Positions 1-12,345 of a DNA stretch of 39,272 nucleotides are shown here, one piece after another. The translations under genes and the position numbers were made by a program. Position 1 is the stretch's first letter. Each line of letters starts with the position of its first letter. The notes under the pieces are model-generated. The model made no database searches. It was not told the origin of the DNA and saw only the letters and a program-made list of their open reading frames with translations. The DNA lies in assembly GCF_001194135.2 (NCBI RefSeq), contig NC_068981.1, positions 142,478,831 through 142,518,102 of the forward strand. The letters are read 5' to 3'. The stretch is from Octopus bimaculoides (lineage: Eukaryota).

Positions 1-105
1 TACACACATACAGATAGATAGATACATACATACATACATGCATATATACATACATATATAAATACATACAAACATATGATTCTGGGTGTGTATATGTACT
101 TATAT
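1..105. repeat. Compound (TACA)/(TAGA)/(TA)/(TG) microsatellite
   Basis: Direct reading: tacacacatacagatagatagatacatacatacatac... Confidence 0.9.
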
Positions 106-1904
106 GAGTTTGAACGTGCTCCTTTAAATATATGGTTGTGTTCAGGTATTATCTTTTTATAACAGATTTGCCTCTAAGTTTATCTTGGAAGACTAAAATT
201 TCATCTCGAAATTCATATCGAATATTTCCAGATCTTCATAGTCTAATTTGGAAGAATTGAACATATTTATCGTTTGTATTGTTTCTTGAATACCGCTTGA
301 AATCAAGTAGATTTTTCCACCAAAGGTTTTATTCGCTGATGGAGAGGCTACGGGTTCTCTACAACAACTTTGTTTGAAGATGTATACAAGTTCATAATTT
401 AGAAGAGCATAATACTAAAACATAAATACATAATATTTACCAATTGCTTTGATGATATTTTCTCCATTTGAAATTTTCGTTGATAAAGTTGAACACGTTG
501 ACAAAATAAGGGAAGAACTGCAAAACGGATTCGTACTAAGATTTAACATAGAAAATAATATAATACATTGAACCTGTTTCTTAGACATAAAAGAAAGCAC
601 ATAGCATCACATCGGTATACACCGAAGAATTAAACAAATACCTATATCTACAAGGAAATAGCGAGTGCCTACTTAGTTACAACATATTGACGATAAAACT
701 ACTGTTCAGAAGAATATTTATATTCACGTCTAGAAGCAATGCTGTAGACACACAAATTGAAACAATCATCAATTAACACCGATATTTTCTCAGAAGCTGA
801 CAACAGAAATAATGCATGAAATAGAATAGACACAATAAAAATACGCAAACCAAACACATATTTTAGGAATCATATTTATAATATTTATCGAACAGACGAA
901 TTCATAATCCAAAGCCTCGTAAAATGAAACTCGTAGTACATTACACTCAATGTATTATGTAAAATTAATTTTATGCTCAAAAGTTAAACTTACACTACAA
1001 ACACAGCAAAAATATATAAAATGTGCTTATCGATAACACACCGAAGCATATAAACCAGAAAACAATCTTCAGACGTCCAATGTGATCTATAAATTTCCCT
1101 ATAAAACGGAAAGTTGCAAACATCTCTTTTCTAACAGTTACGTGAGACATATAAGGAAAAGCCTCATCTGGTAGGTCTTTCAAATACTTACAAGGCGCTA
1201 TTCACACCATTACACATCAAAAAGAAAAGTGGACTAAAAATACTAACAATGAATACATATATACTTCATAAAAGTCTACACAAAACAGAAGATTAATCAG
1301 GGAAAGCATAATCATATAGCAACACAATGGTAAAATAGACATGAATACTATTCCCATAAAAACCTCAGTTTTTACTCCGACAAGTAATTCAACATGCGAC
1401 TGATGACGTGTAAGAATGACGGTCACAAAAACTTTAGCCGAAAAATCTACACGAAGTCAACTAATATTGAAGAAACACCATAGCCAGTGTATATGTTCAA
1501 CTTTTTAGCATCAAACTGCGCTGGCACGGGACGTTCGAATATGAAATGAGGGATAGTATTGTTTCAAACAAGACATAAACAAGCATATAAAGTATTTTCA
1601 ACGTTACCTTCATTTTACCGCAACGAACACAACACATGACAAATAATTCATAAAGGAATCAGTGACAGAAAAAATGGCGGGAATTTTTACAATATTCCAG
1701 CTATGTTATAAGAAGCAAGATGGCAGACAACAAATAGATTAGATTCTTCTATACGAGAATGTGAAGTTCTGGTAAAGTCGAATAGGAACAAAAGAACGTA
1801 ACAAACAGGTTGTATTATTAGGAAATGCATCTGAATTTATAAGAATGTAAAATCTAGAACACCGTCGTCTATTTAATGAAAATTATAAAAGAAAAATATT
1901 TGAT

Positions 1905-1985
1905 TTGTATATATATGCATACATTTATACATACACATATAGACGCACACACACACATGAACATATACATACATACACACACACA

Positions 1986-2027
<42 letters not shown>

Positions 2028-2932
2028 NNNNNNNNNNNNNNNNNNNNNNNNNNNNNNNNNNNNNNNNNNNNNNNNNNNNNNNNNNNNNNNNNNNNNNNNN
2101 NNNNNNNNNNNNNNNNNNNNNNNNNNNNNNNNNNNNNNNNNNNNNNNNNNNNNNNNNNNNNNNNNNNNNNNNNNNNNNNNNNNNNNNNNNNNNNNNNNNN
2201 NNNNNNNNNNNNNNNNNNNNNNNNNNNNNNNNNNNNNNNNNNNNNNNNNNNNNNNNNNNNNNNNNNNNNNNNNNNNNNNNNNNNNNNNNNNNNNNNNNNN
2301 NNNNNNNNNNNNNNNNNNNNNNNNNNNNNNNNNNNNNNNNNNNNNNNNNNNNNNNNNNNNNNNNNNNNNNNNNNNNNNNNNNNNNNNNNNNNNNNNNNNN
2401 NNNNNNNNNNNNNNNNNNNNNNNNNNNNNNNNNNNNNNNNNNNNNNNNNNNNNNNNNNNNNNNNNNNNNNNNNNNNNNNNNNNNNNNNNNNNNNNNNNNN
2501 NNNNNNNNNNNNNNNNNNNNNNNNNNNNNNNNNNNNNNNNNNNNNNNNNNNNNNNNNNNNNNNNNNNNNNNNNNNNNNNNNNNNNNNNNNNNNNNNNNNN
2601 NNNNNNNNNNNNNNNNNNNNNNNNNNNNNNNNNNNNNNNNNNNNNNNNNNNNNNNNNNNNNNNNNNNNNNNNNNNNNNNNNNNNNNNNNNNNNNNNNNNN
2701 NNNNNNNNNNNNNNNNNNNNNNNNNNNNNNNNNNNNNNNNNNNNNNNNNNNNNNNNNNNNNNNNNNNNNNNNNNNNNNNNNNNNNNNNNNNNNNNNNNNN
2801 NNNNNNNNNNNNNNNNNNNNNNNNNNNNNNNNNNNNNNNNNNNNNNNNNNNNNNNNNNNNNNNNNNNNNNNNNNNNNNNNNNNNNNNNNNNNNNNNNNNN
2901 NNNNNNNNNNNNNNNNNNNNNNNNNNNNNNNN

Positions 2933-2971
<39 letters not shown>

Positions 2972-3110
2972 GGATAGATAGTTAGATATATGTATATATA
3001 TGTGTGCGTTTGTGTGTGTGCATATACTTGTGTATGTGTGTGTGTGTGTGTGTAGTCGAATGTGTGTGCATCAGTGTGTTTGCGTGCCTCTGTGTCTTTC
3101 TGATGTGTGT
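1905..3110. repeat. (CA)/(TA)n microsatellite block spanning an assembly gap (N ~2028-2931), followed by (TG)n
   Basis: (TA)n on both sides of the N-run; (TG)-rich tract ~2995-3110. Confidence 0.9.
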
Positions 3111-3479
3111 GTTTCTACTTCTCTGTCTGAGGCTGACACCGCCCACAAACTAGATTTGATCTCGAAATATACTTCAAAACAACAATATCGACTAACTGTC
3201 TATTATCAAGTTGGAAATGACTAAATCAATTGGTTGAAAATCGTCAAATTATGCCCTATTCAGTATGGAGTAAGTTTAAATGTCTTAATAAATCGATATT
3301 CAATTTTATTTATTTCACTATTTATTTGCTTGTTACTTTAGGTTTCGTATCGTTTATCATATTGCCCATCAATAGCAATATTATTCACTGAGTAGAGTTA
3401 TGTGTTTAGTTACAACAATTTCTGAAATTAGAACTCACTTTTCAATTCACGTAAATACATTTCATATGCATAATGCTCC

Positions 3480-3493
3480 GGCACACACACATA

Positions 3494-3536
<43 letters not shown>

Positions 3537-3550
3537 ACACACACACACAT
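3480..3550. repeat. (CA)n microsatellite
   Basis: Direct reading. Confidence 0.95.
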
Positions 3551-3882
3551 GTGGATCTGAGTCATTATATCCNNNNNNNNNNNNNNNNNNNNNNNNNNNN
3601 NNNNNNNNNNNNNNNNNNNNNNNNNNNNNNNNNNNNNNNNNNNNNNNNNNNNNNNNNNNNNNNNNNNNNNNNNNNNNNNNNNNNNNNNNNNNNGTATATA
3701 TATATGCATGTATGTATATATTTGCCTGTATGCATATATGCATGCATATACGTATATGTATGAAGACTGCCATTCGAATTCGAGCAATGTCTGACTTACA
3801 TTATATGTGTGGGCGTATGTTCAAACGCGTACGAGCCTGATTGTTCTCTTCAACATGTACAAGACGGGTCTGGCTTTTAGTT

Positions 3883-3962
3883 ATGAGGCGATTACATCGA
3901 CCCTAGTTTACAATTGGCATTCGTTTTATCGACCCCCGAATGGTCGACCTCGGTTGAACCCA
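3883..3962 (-). mobile_element. Internal fragment of the SINE family seen at 33738 and 17056
   Basis: Plus strand 'gattacatcgaccctag...ttttatcgacccccgaa...gtcgacctcgg' is the reverse complement of 'gccgaggycgactttgc...gtcgattaaataagta...ggggtcgatgtaatcga' at ~33826-33905. Confidence 0.75.
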
Positions 3963-4810
3963 AAGTCTACATAATACATTAGCTAATACACATTTAAAAT
4001 AGTCCAACACTAACCTTGTATGAATTGTATGAAATGAATCAAGTAAGTACTAACGATGGAATATATGGAAACATAGAATCTTCATAAAATACAACAGGAA
4101 ATATACCAAGTCTTAGTATATTGATCATTACATAGTACAAAAACACTAGAAACTTTCTGTTACATTGATGATTTTGAGAACATACAACACATAACGTATG
4201 TGATTTATGAATTCAATTGAATATGTGAAAAGTGAAAACTTAAGATTTCATGTGTCTTTTGGCCCATATAGGTCGGTCACTATTCAGCAGACTCACTAAT
4301 GTAGAGTACTCTAGAAAAGAGGGCATATGAACTTAACAAGAACATCTTAGAAGGCAACAAATATTCACAGCACAGTATTCTACACAAAAATAGACAATTA
4401 ATAGTGGAAGTTAAGCTCATAAAACAGCATAGTGCTAAAACAAACCCCCATAAAACATGTTAGTTGCAATGAAAAAATTACAGACAAAGAGTCACCTGAA
4501 ATCTGAAGATAAACAAAAATGAAATTTTGGTTGCAATGTCTACGTTCTTCTCATTGCTTCTGTCTACAAAAACTAGCAGCATTACACACATATTCTTACA
4601 TCAAAAATACAAAGTTACGGTCTGCTAGAAATGCCGATAGTGGTTTTAAGAATACCAGGGTTCCTTACGTAAAGAAGTCAAAGAAAATATAAAACATTAA
4701 TAAAATTATGAAGCTAAATTGCAAACATGTGCACAATACAGTGTACATGTATATACACATGCACACACGCACATATACACATGTATGCATATACACAGAT
4801 AAACATACGC

Positions 4811-5185
4811 GTGGCACACCGTTGGTTATGTCGACGAGGGTTCCAGTTGATCCGGTCAACGGAGCAGCCTGATTCTGAAATCAATTTGCAAGTGGCTGAG
4901 CACTCCACAGACAGTGTACCCTTAACGTAATTCTAGGGGATATTCTGCGTGACAAAGAGGGACACGGCTGGCCCTTTCAAATACAGGTACAACAGAAACA
5001 GGAATAAAGGATGAGAAGTTGTGGTGAAAGTGTACAGCAGTGTTTGCCACACATCCCCTGTCGGAGCCTCATGGAGCTTTAGGTGTTTTCGCTCAATATA
5101 CACTCACAACGCCCGGTCTGGGTATCGAAACGACGATCCTACGACCGTGAGTCCGCTGCTCTAACCAGTGGGCCATTGCGCCTCC
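4811..5185 (-). mobile_element. Near full-length tRNA-derived SINE (type A)
   Basis: Minus strand begins GGAGGCGCAATGGCCCACTGGTTAG (A-box-like TGGCCCACTGG) and has a B-box-like GTTTCGATACC. Its 3' half (tgtacctgtatttgaaagggccagcc...gatcaactggaaccctcgtcg...cggtgtgccac) is shared with copies at 8121-8422 and 31626-31802. Confidence 0.9.
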
Positions 5186-6954
5186 GCACACACACATANN
5201 NNNNNNNNNNNNNNNNNNNNNNNNNNNNNNNNNNNNNNNNNNNNNNNNNNNNNNNNNNNNNNNNNNNNNNNNNNNNNNNNNNNNNNNNNNNNNNNNNNNN
5301 NNNNNNNNNNNNNNNNNNNNNNNNNNNNNNNNNNNNNNNNNNNNNNNNNNNNNNNNNNNNNNNNNNNNNNNNNNNNNNNNNNNNNNNNNNNNNNNNNNNN
5401 NNNNNNNNNNNNNNNNNNNNNNNNNNNNNNNNNNNNNNNNNNNNNNNNNNNNNNNNNNNNNNNNNNNNNNNNNNNNNNNNNNNNNNNNNNNNNNNNNNNN
5501 NNNNNNNNNNNNNNNNNNNNNNNNNNNNNNNNNNNNNNNNNNNNNNNNNNNNNNNNNNNNNNNNNNNNNNNNNNNNNNNNNNNNNNNNNNNNNNNNNNNN
5601 NNNNNNNNNNNNNNNNNNNNNNNNNNNNNNNNNNNNNNNNNNNNNNNNNNNNNNNNNNNNNNNNNNNNNNNNNNNNNNNNNNNNNNNNNNNNNNNNNNNN
5701 NNNNNNNNNNNNNNNNNNNNNNNNNNNNNNNNNNNNNNNNNNNNNNNNNNNNNNNNNNNNNNNNNNNNNNNNNNNNNNNNNNNNNNNNNNNNNNNNNNNN
5801 NNNNNNNNNNNNNNNNNNNNNNNNNNNNNNNNNNNNNNNNNNNNNNNNNNNNNNNNNNNNNNNNNNNNNNNNNNNNNNNNNNNNNNNNNNNNNNNNNNNN
5901 NNNNNNNNNNNNNNNNNNNNNNNNNNNNNCGTCACAAATAGTCCCGTATGAAAAAAAGTCCCGTGTGGAAGGGATTACGGTTTAGCCATCCAACTTAGAG
6001 ATATCAAATATAAAATATACAAGAATAAGGGCAGAGAATCGTCAATTAGTAATAGAATTAATAATTAACAATTCTGCCAAGTAGTTCAGTATGAAAAAAA
6101 CCTTTATCGGTAAAACTATTTATCATTATAAATATACAGGGATTAGCAATTGAGTTGCTTCTCCAACATACTGAAAATTTAGAAATAGCAGTCAAAGAAC
6201 TACTGATTCCAAACTACAAATTTTTCTCTAAAGTGGATGGCGATATTTATGGCACACATAGAACAAAAAACCGGAGGGAAAAGCGTAAACAAACCAAGCC
6301 TTTAGTTAATTGGATAAAACAACAATCATTCTTCCTACCTCGCTAAGTTTCTAAATTATTATGACGCAATAAGCAAACAGAACGTTTTAAGCAATTTAGT
6401 GCGCTTTCTCTAAAGATATAAATAGACATTTCACTTCAAATTGTGAAAGACATATTTGAATAATTCAACAGTCTCTGACGATGAAAATTCATATTTGCTG
6501 CTATTTCACACCAATAACCATTCATAAGTATAATTACATACGGATACTGCCAAAATGCTATCTCTCCATCTTGTTCGAAACAGCAAAATGATGTATTTGA
6601 AAGTTTATCCTACTTCATTGCGCCAGTATAACATTATGCATGCATATCATTGAAACATGTATCTGAGCAATCGCACTTAAGTTCGAATGTAAATGAAAAA
6701 TCTATTATAACAGTAAATAAACAAATATATTTACGTATATTTGAACTCATATATATANNNNNNNNNNNNNNNNNNNNNNNNNNNNNNNNNNNNNNNNNNN
6801 NNNNNNNNNNNNNNNNNNNNNNNNNNNNNNNNNNNNNNNNNNNNNNNNNNNNNNNNNNNNNNNNNNNNNNNNNNNNNNNNNNNNNNNNNNNNNNNNNNNN
6901 NNNNNNNNNNNNNNNNNNNNNNNNNNNNNNNNNNNNNNNNNNNATATATATAAA

Positions 6955-7165
6955 GGAGAATTTACGAAAAAAAACAACAGATGAAGACAGGTGGTTTAAA
7001 CAACACATGGATGTATTAGTTTAACGCTCGGGAATAGAGAAAGTCTTTGACGTTTCGAGCTACGCTCTCCAACTGAAAGGAACACAGAAAGAAATAAGGA
7101 GAGAAACAAGGAGAGAAAAATATAAATGTATTGGTCAGCGATCTATCATGGCGAATGCCGGACAT
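6955..7165 (-). mobile_element. Probable Penelope-like terminal-repeat remnant with a decayed hammerhead-like motif
   Basis: Minus strand 7041-7080 reads CAGTTGG-A-GAGC-gta-GCTC-GAAAC-GTC-aaa-GAC. The stem-II + CGAAACGTC signature is typical of Penelope-like element termini. Family assignment is by motif only. Confidence 0.5.
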
Positions 7166-8120
7166 ATATAAAGTATATATGAAGCATATGGCATGGAATA
7201 AGACAGAATTTGTAGAATAAACAACTACAGTTTTACATCTTGTAATTTATAACTAGAAATTCAACATTGGTTGAACTATGTTTAATGTAACGAATTGGCT
7301 TATAATGGTTAAACGCACAGTAGGCTATGGCGCCTATCTTTCTCTCTATCAAACACAGAGAGAAAGATAGACGCAGCAGAATCTGTAGACCGGCGAGTTC
7401 GAAGAAGATATGATCACATTCTCGATGCCATATCGACGTAGTGTTAATGTGAGCACTCCGGCTTATATTGTTTCCTCTGTTAAACTTCATTCTGATAATA
7501 TTTCAGGCTATGAGAAGCTCTCCTGGTATAAAAATCTGTGGATATTTTCTAATGTGGATGAGACGAATAATTACCTCGACTAGCAAAGTGAAAATTTTCC
7601 CCATCGAATCCTATCATAGATATAGGACTGGAGTTCAATTCGTTCACATACTACCTTGAGTTGTGGAACAGATTAATTTCCAGAAAATTGTAGCATAAGA
7701 GTTTTGACATTTTCAATGTCATTCATATTAATTGTAAATAGAAGTGAACCCATATGAATTCTCAGGTGGGGGGAGTATTAGTGATTTTGGCTGATTTTGA
7801 TTAATTCCATTGAACGGAACATGTTTGTTATTGCGACATGTGATCAAATGTAAAGTATTCCGCATTCCAATGTTAGGTATCTTCAGAAGGATGTTGCAGT
7901 TGAATCTTTAGATAGTTCTACGGAATTATAATTAAAGGTCGTCTATGTTTGTGTCCTTCACCTAGATGAACTTTTTAATACCGTTAGGGTTTGGTTTCTA
8001 CATATGTAAGCATGAGTCGTTGACACATTTCCAAATAGTTGTATGCAGGAAGATGGAGCGTGAGTGAAGGAGTAGGTCTGCATTCCTGTCCCATTTAGTG
8101 ACGTTACGATTCATATTGTA

Positions 8121-8422
8121 GTGAGGTTTAGTGGTTAGGATGTTCGGCTCACGATCGTAAGGTCGTGAGTTCAATTCATGGCGACGCGTTGTGTCCTTGA
8201 GCAATGTACTTTATCACATGTTGTTCCAGTCCACTCAGCTGACAAAAAGGAGTTGTACCTGTAATTCAAAGGGCCAGCCTTGTCACAATCTGTGTCAGGT
8301 TGAATCTCTCTGAGAACAACATTCAGCGTACACGTGTCTGTTGAGTGCTCAATTACTTTCACGAGCAAGCTGGTTCGCTGATCAGTTCAACTTCAACACA
8401 CTTTGTCGTAAACAATGGACTG
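8121..8422 (+). mobile_element. tRNA-derived SINE (type B) with the same 3' half as type A but a different head and central domain
   Basis: Head ...gtggttaggatgttcggctcacgatcgtaaggtcgtgagttcaattc (A/B-box-like); central 'tgtgtccttgagcaa...ccagtccactcagctg'; then 'tgtacctgtaattcaaagggccagccttgtcac...' as in 4811-5185. Confidence 0.85.
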
Positions 8423-10951
8423 CGAAATCAGTATTGTCAGATGTTTGCAGTGGAGGCACACAAGAATGCTGGCTGCTCTGTCTCGTTGACCCAAGCACGA
8501 GTCAAGAGAAAAAAAGAAGATAAAAAATTTGAAACGTCTCTCTACTTCTGCTTTTTTCTGACATTTAGCAGCAAATGATTGATTTGAGAGTAAACATAGC
8601 CCATTCTACAAAGAAAGGTTTAGTGTAGTCAATTATAAAAATGTCATCAGGGTAGTATTATAGGATGAACAGTTTAAGTTTTAGAACTCACACTATAGAG
8701 CACTGTACAGACGCGTGAGGCGATCTGTAAAGGCCAAATTGTTGTATACGGATACTGATTTGCTGTAACTCTTGGATAATATCGTTTTTACATTTGTGGT
8801 AAGGAAGCGTAGATATAAATAAGAACTCGTCCCTTCCTTCGGCCTCTATAATTCTCCCAAGTAGTCGTGAATTATTTCATCTTAGCATTAGTGTCTATGT
8901 GAAATTTGGTGCGGTGATTTTATATTAAGATGAAGGAAAGGATTCGGTGGACTGCTCGGTAATCAAGCACTTCTTGTTTGGAATATTCCTCCACCTGCTC
9001 CCTATGCTAAATACAAATAGTAATAATTGAAGCTTAGACTCGATTCGAACGAAAGCCAATAGGAAGTAGAAAAGGTTTTAGTCAAGCACTACGTTTCTTA
9101 GATTCGGTTCTACTGCGCAGATATTTTCTTAGAACGAAAATTTATAATAAAGACATTCATTATAATTATAAGTTAATTTTTTTATCATCAATTGTTCTCC
9201 TCCTTTCTATGTGGTATGATTTCTTGCTTAGTGTTGTATTGAGTTCTTTCATTCTTTTCCACTACTTAATTCTATATTTTTAATTTTCGTTTCATCGAAC
9301 CTTTATTTTCTCTAGCGTGCTTACTTCTCTTTCATTCATCCATTTTTCTTTCTTTCTTCCTTCCTTCCTTTCTCCCTTCTTTCTTTCCTTCTTTATCATT
9401 CTATCTTTCGATGTTTATGTCTTTCTTTTTTTTCTCATTCATATTAATTTTATANNNNNNNNNNNNNNNNNNNNNNNNNNNNNNNNNNNNNNNNNNNNNN
9501 NNNNNNNNNNNNNNNNNNNNNNNNNNNNNNNNNNNNNNNNNNNNNNNNNNNNNNNNNNNNNNNNNNNNNNNNNNNNNNNNNNNNNNNNNNNNNNNNNNNN
9601 NNNNNNNNNNNNNNNNNNNNNNNNNNNNNNNNNNNNNNNNNNNNNNNNNNNNNNNNNNNNNNNNNNNNNNNNNNNNNNNNNNNNNNNNNNNNNNNNNNNN
9701 NNNNNNNNNNNNNNNNNNNNNNNNNNNNNNNNNNNNNNNNNNNNNNNNNNNNNNNNNNNNNNNNNNNNNNNNNNNNNNNNNNNNNNNNNNNNNNNNNNNN
9801 NNNNNNNNNNNNNNNNNNNNNNNNNNNNNNNNNNNNNNNNNNNNNNNNNNNNNNNNNNNNNNNNNNNNNNNNNNNNNNNNNNNNNNNNNNNNNNNNNNNN
9901 NNNNNNNNNNNNNNNNNNNNNNNNNNNNNNNNNNNNNNNNNNNNNNNNNNTGTATATACATTCTGAAGTCAAAAGAAAAATGATAAACAGTTTTATCTCA
10001 CGAAAATTAAATTATAAAATAAATTTCCTTGGTTTTATAGAAAGGAAATACCAAATAGCGCACAAACAAGAACAAAATTTAGAAAAAAAAGACAAAAACA
10101 AATTTATATAAAATACAACTAACAACTGAAAAAAATAGATGATCGATTTCACAAAAGTAAAGAGAAAACAACAACGTAATGCTGCACTCAAAGTTGAAGT
10201 AGTTGACTCAAGACTGAAGATTTACGAATCTTGAGCAATATTGAAATATTTTCGTGAAGTAGGAAGAAGACAATTATTGAACCTGATAACCGATTCGCAA
10301 GCAGAACATTCTGCAAGGAGTATTGCAAGTAGTGTTAGGTCTGAGAATAGTGATAGAAGGGCAAGTTATGCAAAGATGGCTGCAAATTTAGATGTACGTG
10401 TAGCACCGAGTGTGCTAACGTCACATCTGCTTCATGAGAGGTTATTAGTGCACGTAATGCGTGCTTAATATAGGTTGAGGGTCTTATGTGACTCAGGATA
10501 CAAATATTTCTAGTTGAGCAAAGGGTAATAAGCACTGAAAAGGATCAAAGGAAAAGAATAAAACAGAAAAGAAACACATCAAGTAGAGAAATAAAAGTAG
10601 TGAAACTTATAAAAACCCACTGGATAATGATTTTTAAATTCTAGGGGAAATATCGAGATATGGGTTGCAGGACTACTGCAAAGTTCCTTGAGACTTCGTA
10701 GTATTACTTGTTTAGGAAATTCGACAGTTTCTGAGTAATCTAAAATGGTAAAAATTACATTTCTGCGATGCAAGTATATCACATATTACTTGCTTGCGAA
10801 GTCAGAGGAGTGGCATCATTTGAAAGCATGAAAGCATAAACAGTGCGAGAAAGCGCATTGTGACCAGCGATGTTTTAAGAACATCGAATAATCCATACAG
10901 TAATACAGCAACAGACAAACGCACATCCACGCGTGAACACTCACACACACA

Positions 10952-10986
<35 letters not shown>

Positions 10987-11054
10987 NNNNNNNNNNATAT
11001 ATACACTCTTGTTTCTGTAATTTATAAAAAATAAAAGCTGAGGTTGAACTATTA

Positions 11055-11810
11055 CATCCTTTTTCGACATAGTCTCTTTTTGATGCACCATTTCCAGCGG
11101 TCCATAGGCTTCTTTCTTCTATAACAGAAGATGGTATTTGTCCTGTCTAGGATATATTTATGCATCGCTTCCTACGCTTCTCCGAACGTAGGAAAGTTTT
11201 AGTGATCCAAATAGGTGATAGTCGGGGTAGTGGAGTCTGAACTGTATGCAGGGGGTTTCAGTGACTCGGGATCTAAATTTTTTATGGTTTCAAGAATGTA
11301 GGCGGCTCTAAATAATATTTGCTTTGACAGTGTTTCGTGAGAATTGGTTCAGTTTTTTAATATATATTTCACTGTTCTTTAACTGGTGGCTTTAGACTCC
11401 ACTTGCATCCTACAAAAGGGCTAGCATCACATTTCATGCAGAAGTTTTTATCCTAAATTTCCTTTCCACTGGCAATTACAGGTGTTTCCACTCTATCATA
11501 TCCTTTGATTCTGTCTCAAAGGGATGGACCCTTATCACATATATGACGTTTCTCTTCAAAAAAGCGTTGACCGATCTCCATACTATTGCGCTTATGCGCT
11601 TCGTTAAATTGTCTTGGCATCCATCTCGCACAGACTTTTCTCAAGTGAATTTAGCCGTGGATGATTTTGTATGCAGAATCATGAGTGACTTGTATGGAAC
11701 ATGCCACAATATTGAGGGTTACTGGTCAGTTCGTCAGAACAATCTCACGAGTTTTTTCAAGCTTCCTACTACTTCATTGTTCTTCATCTTTTAGTGCGCG
11801 AGCTCTGAAG
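11055..11810 (-). mobile_element. Decayed Tc1/mariner transposase relic (mariner type) with stops, frameshifts and internal deletions
   Basis: Minus-strand translation across frames gives KDEE, KVCARWMPRQ (mariner WVP motif, ~11611-11640), PFETESK..IEWKH, VMLALL*DASGV (VMLxVFWD), PPAYSSD...DYHLFGSLK (YSPDLAP-SDYHLF) and DRWKWCIKKxDYVEK at the C-terminus. Confidence 0.88.
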
Positions 11811-12027
11811 GGAATCAGGCCAACCTAAAGAACGTCTAAGTGAAATATCAATTATTTCTGACTAACGTACATATCTTTTTACTGGAATTGGTTCTTAAAG
11901 TATAATTAAAGCTATAAGTAATAACATGTAAATATTAGGCTGAAAAAAATAATTTTGTACAAAAACACACACATACACAAAACACTCACACAGATATAGG
12001 TGTACAAATATAAATATATTTATATGA

Positions 12028-12065
<38 letters not shown>

Positions 12066-12214
12066 ATGTACATATATATTACTTATCTATTTATATATAC
12101 ACATGTCTGTGTGAGTGTGTATACGCACACACACATACATATACATGTATATAGGATTGAAATTTACAGGAAGACAAAAGACGAAGACAGGTGTATAAAC
12201 GCCAAATAGGTGTA

Positions 12215-12345
12215 AGTTTGACGCCCGTTTTTTGACATAGTCTCTTTCTTTTCGATGCACCAGTTCCAGCGGTCCACAAACTTGTTTATTCCATCGGAAA
12301 AGATGGTTTGTCCTGCCTATGACAATTTATCCGCCTTGTGGAATT
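12215..12345 (-). mobile_element. Second mariner 3'-end fragment related to the 11055-11170 segment
   Basis: Minus translation QTIFSDGINKFVDRWNWCIEKK matches the mariner C-terminus. Nucleotide similarity to 11061-11150 (gacatagtctcttt...gatgcacca.ttccagcggtcca...agatggt..tgtcctg). Confidence 0.8.

Noticed and set aside
1400-1431. CTGATGA followed by GTG...CAC and AAAAC, a hammerhead-like layout
   Set aside because: Lacks the essential GAAA and has no convincing stems I or III.
4811-5185. tRNA-like heads here and at 8121, 30478 and 33738 as genuine tRNA genes
   Set aside because: A/B boxes are present but no complete cloverleaf is evident, and they are followed by repeated SINE bodies.
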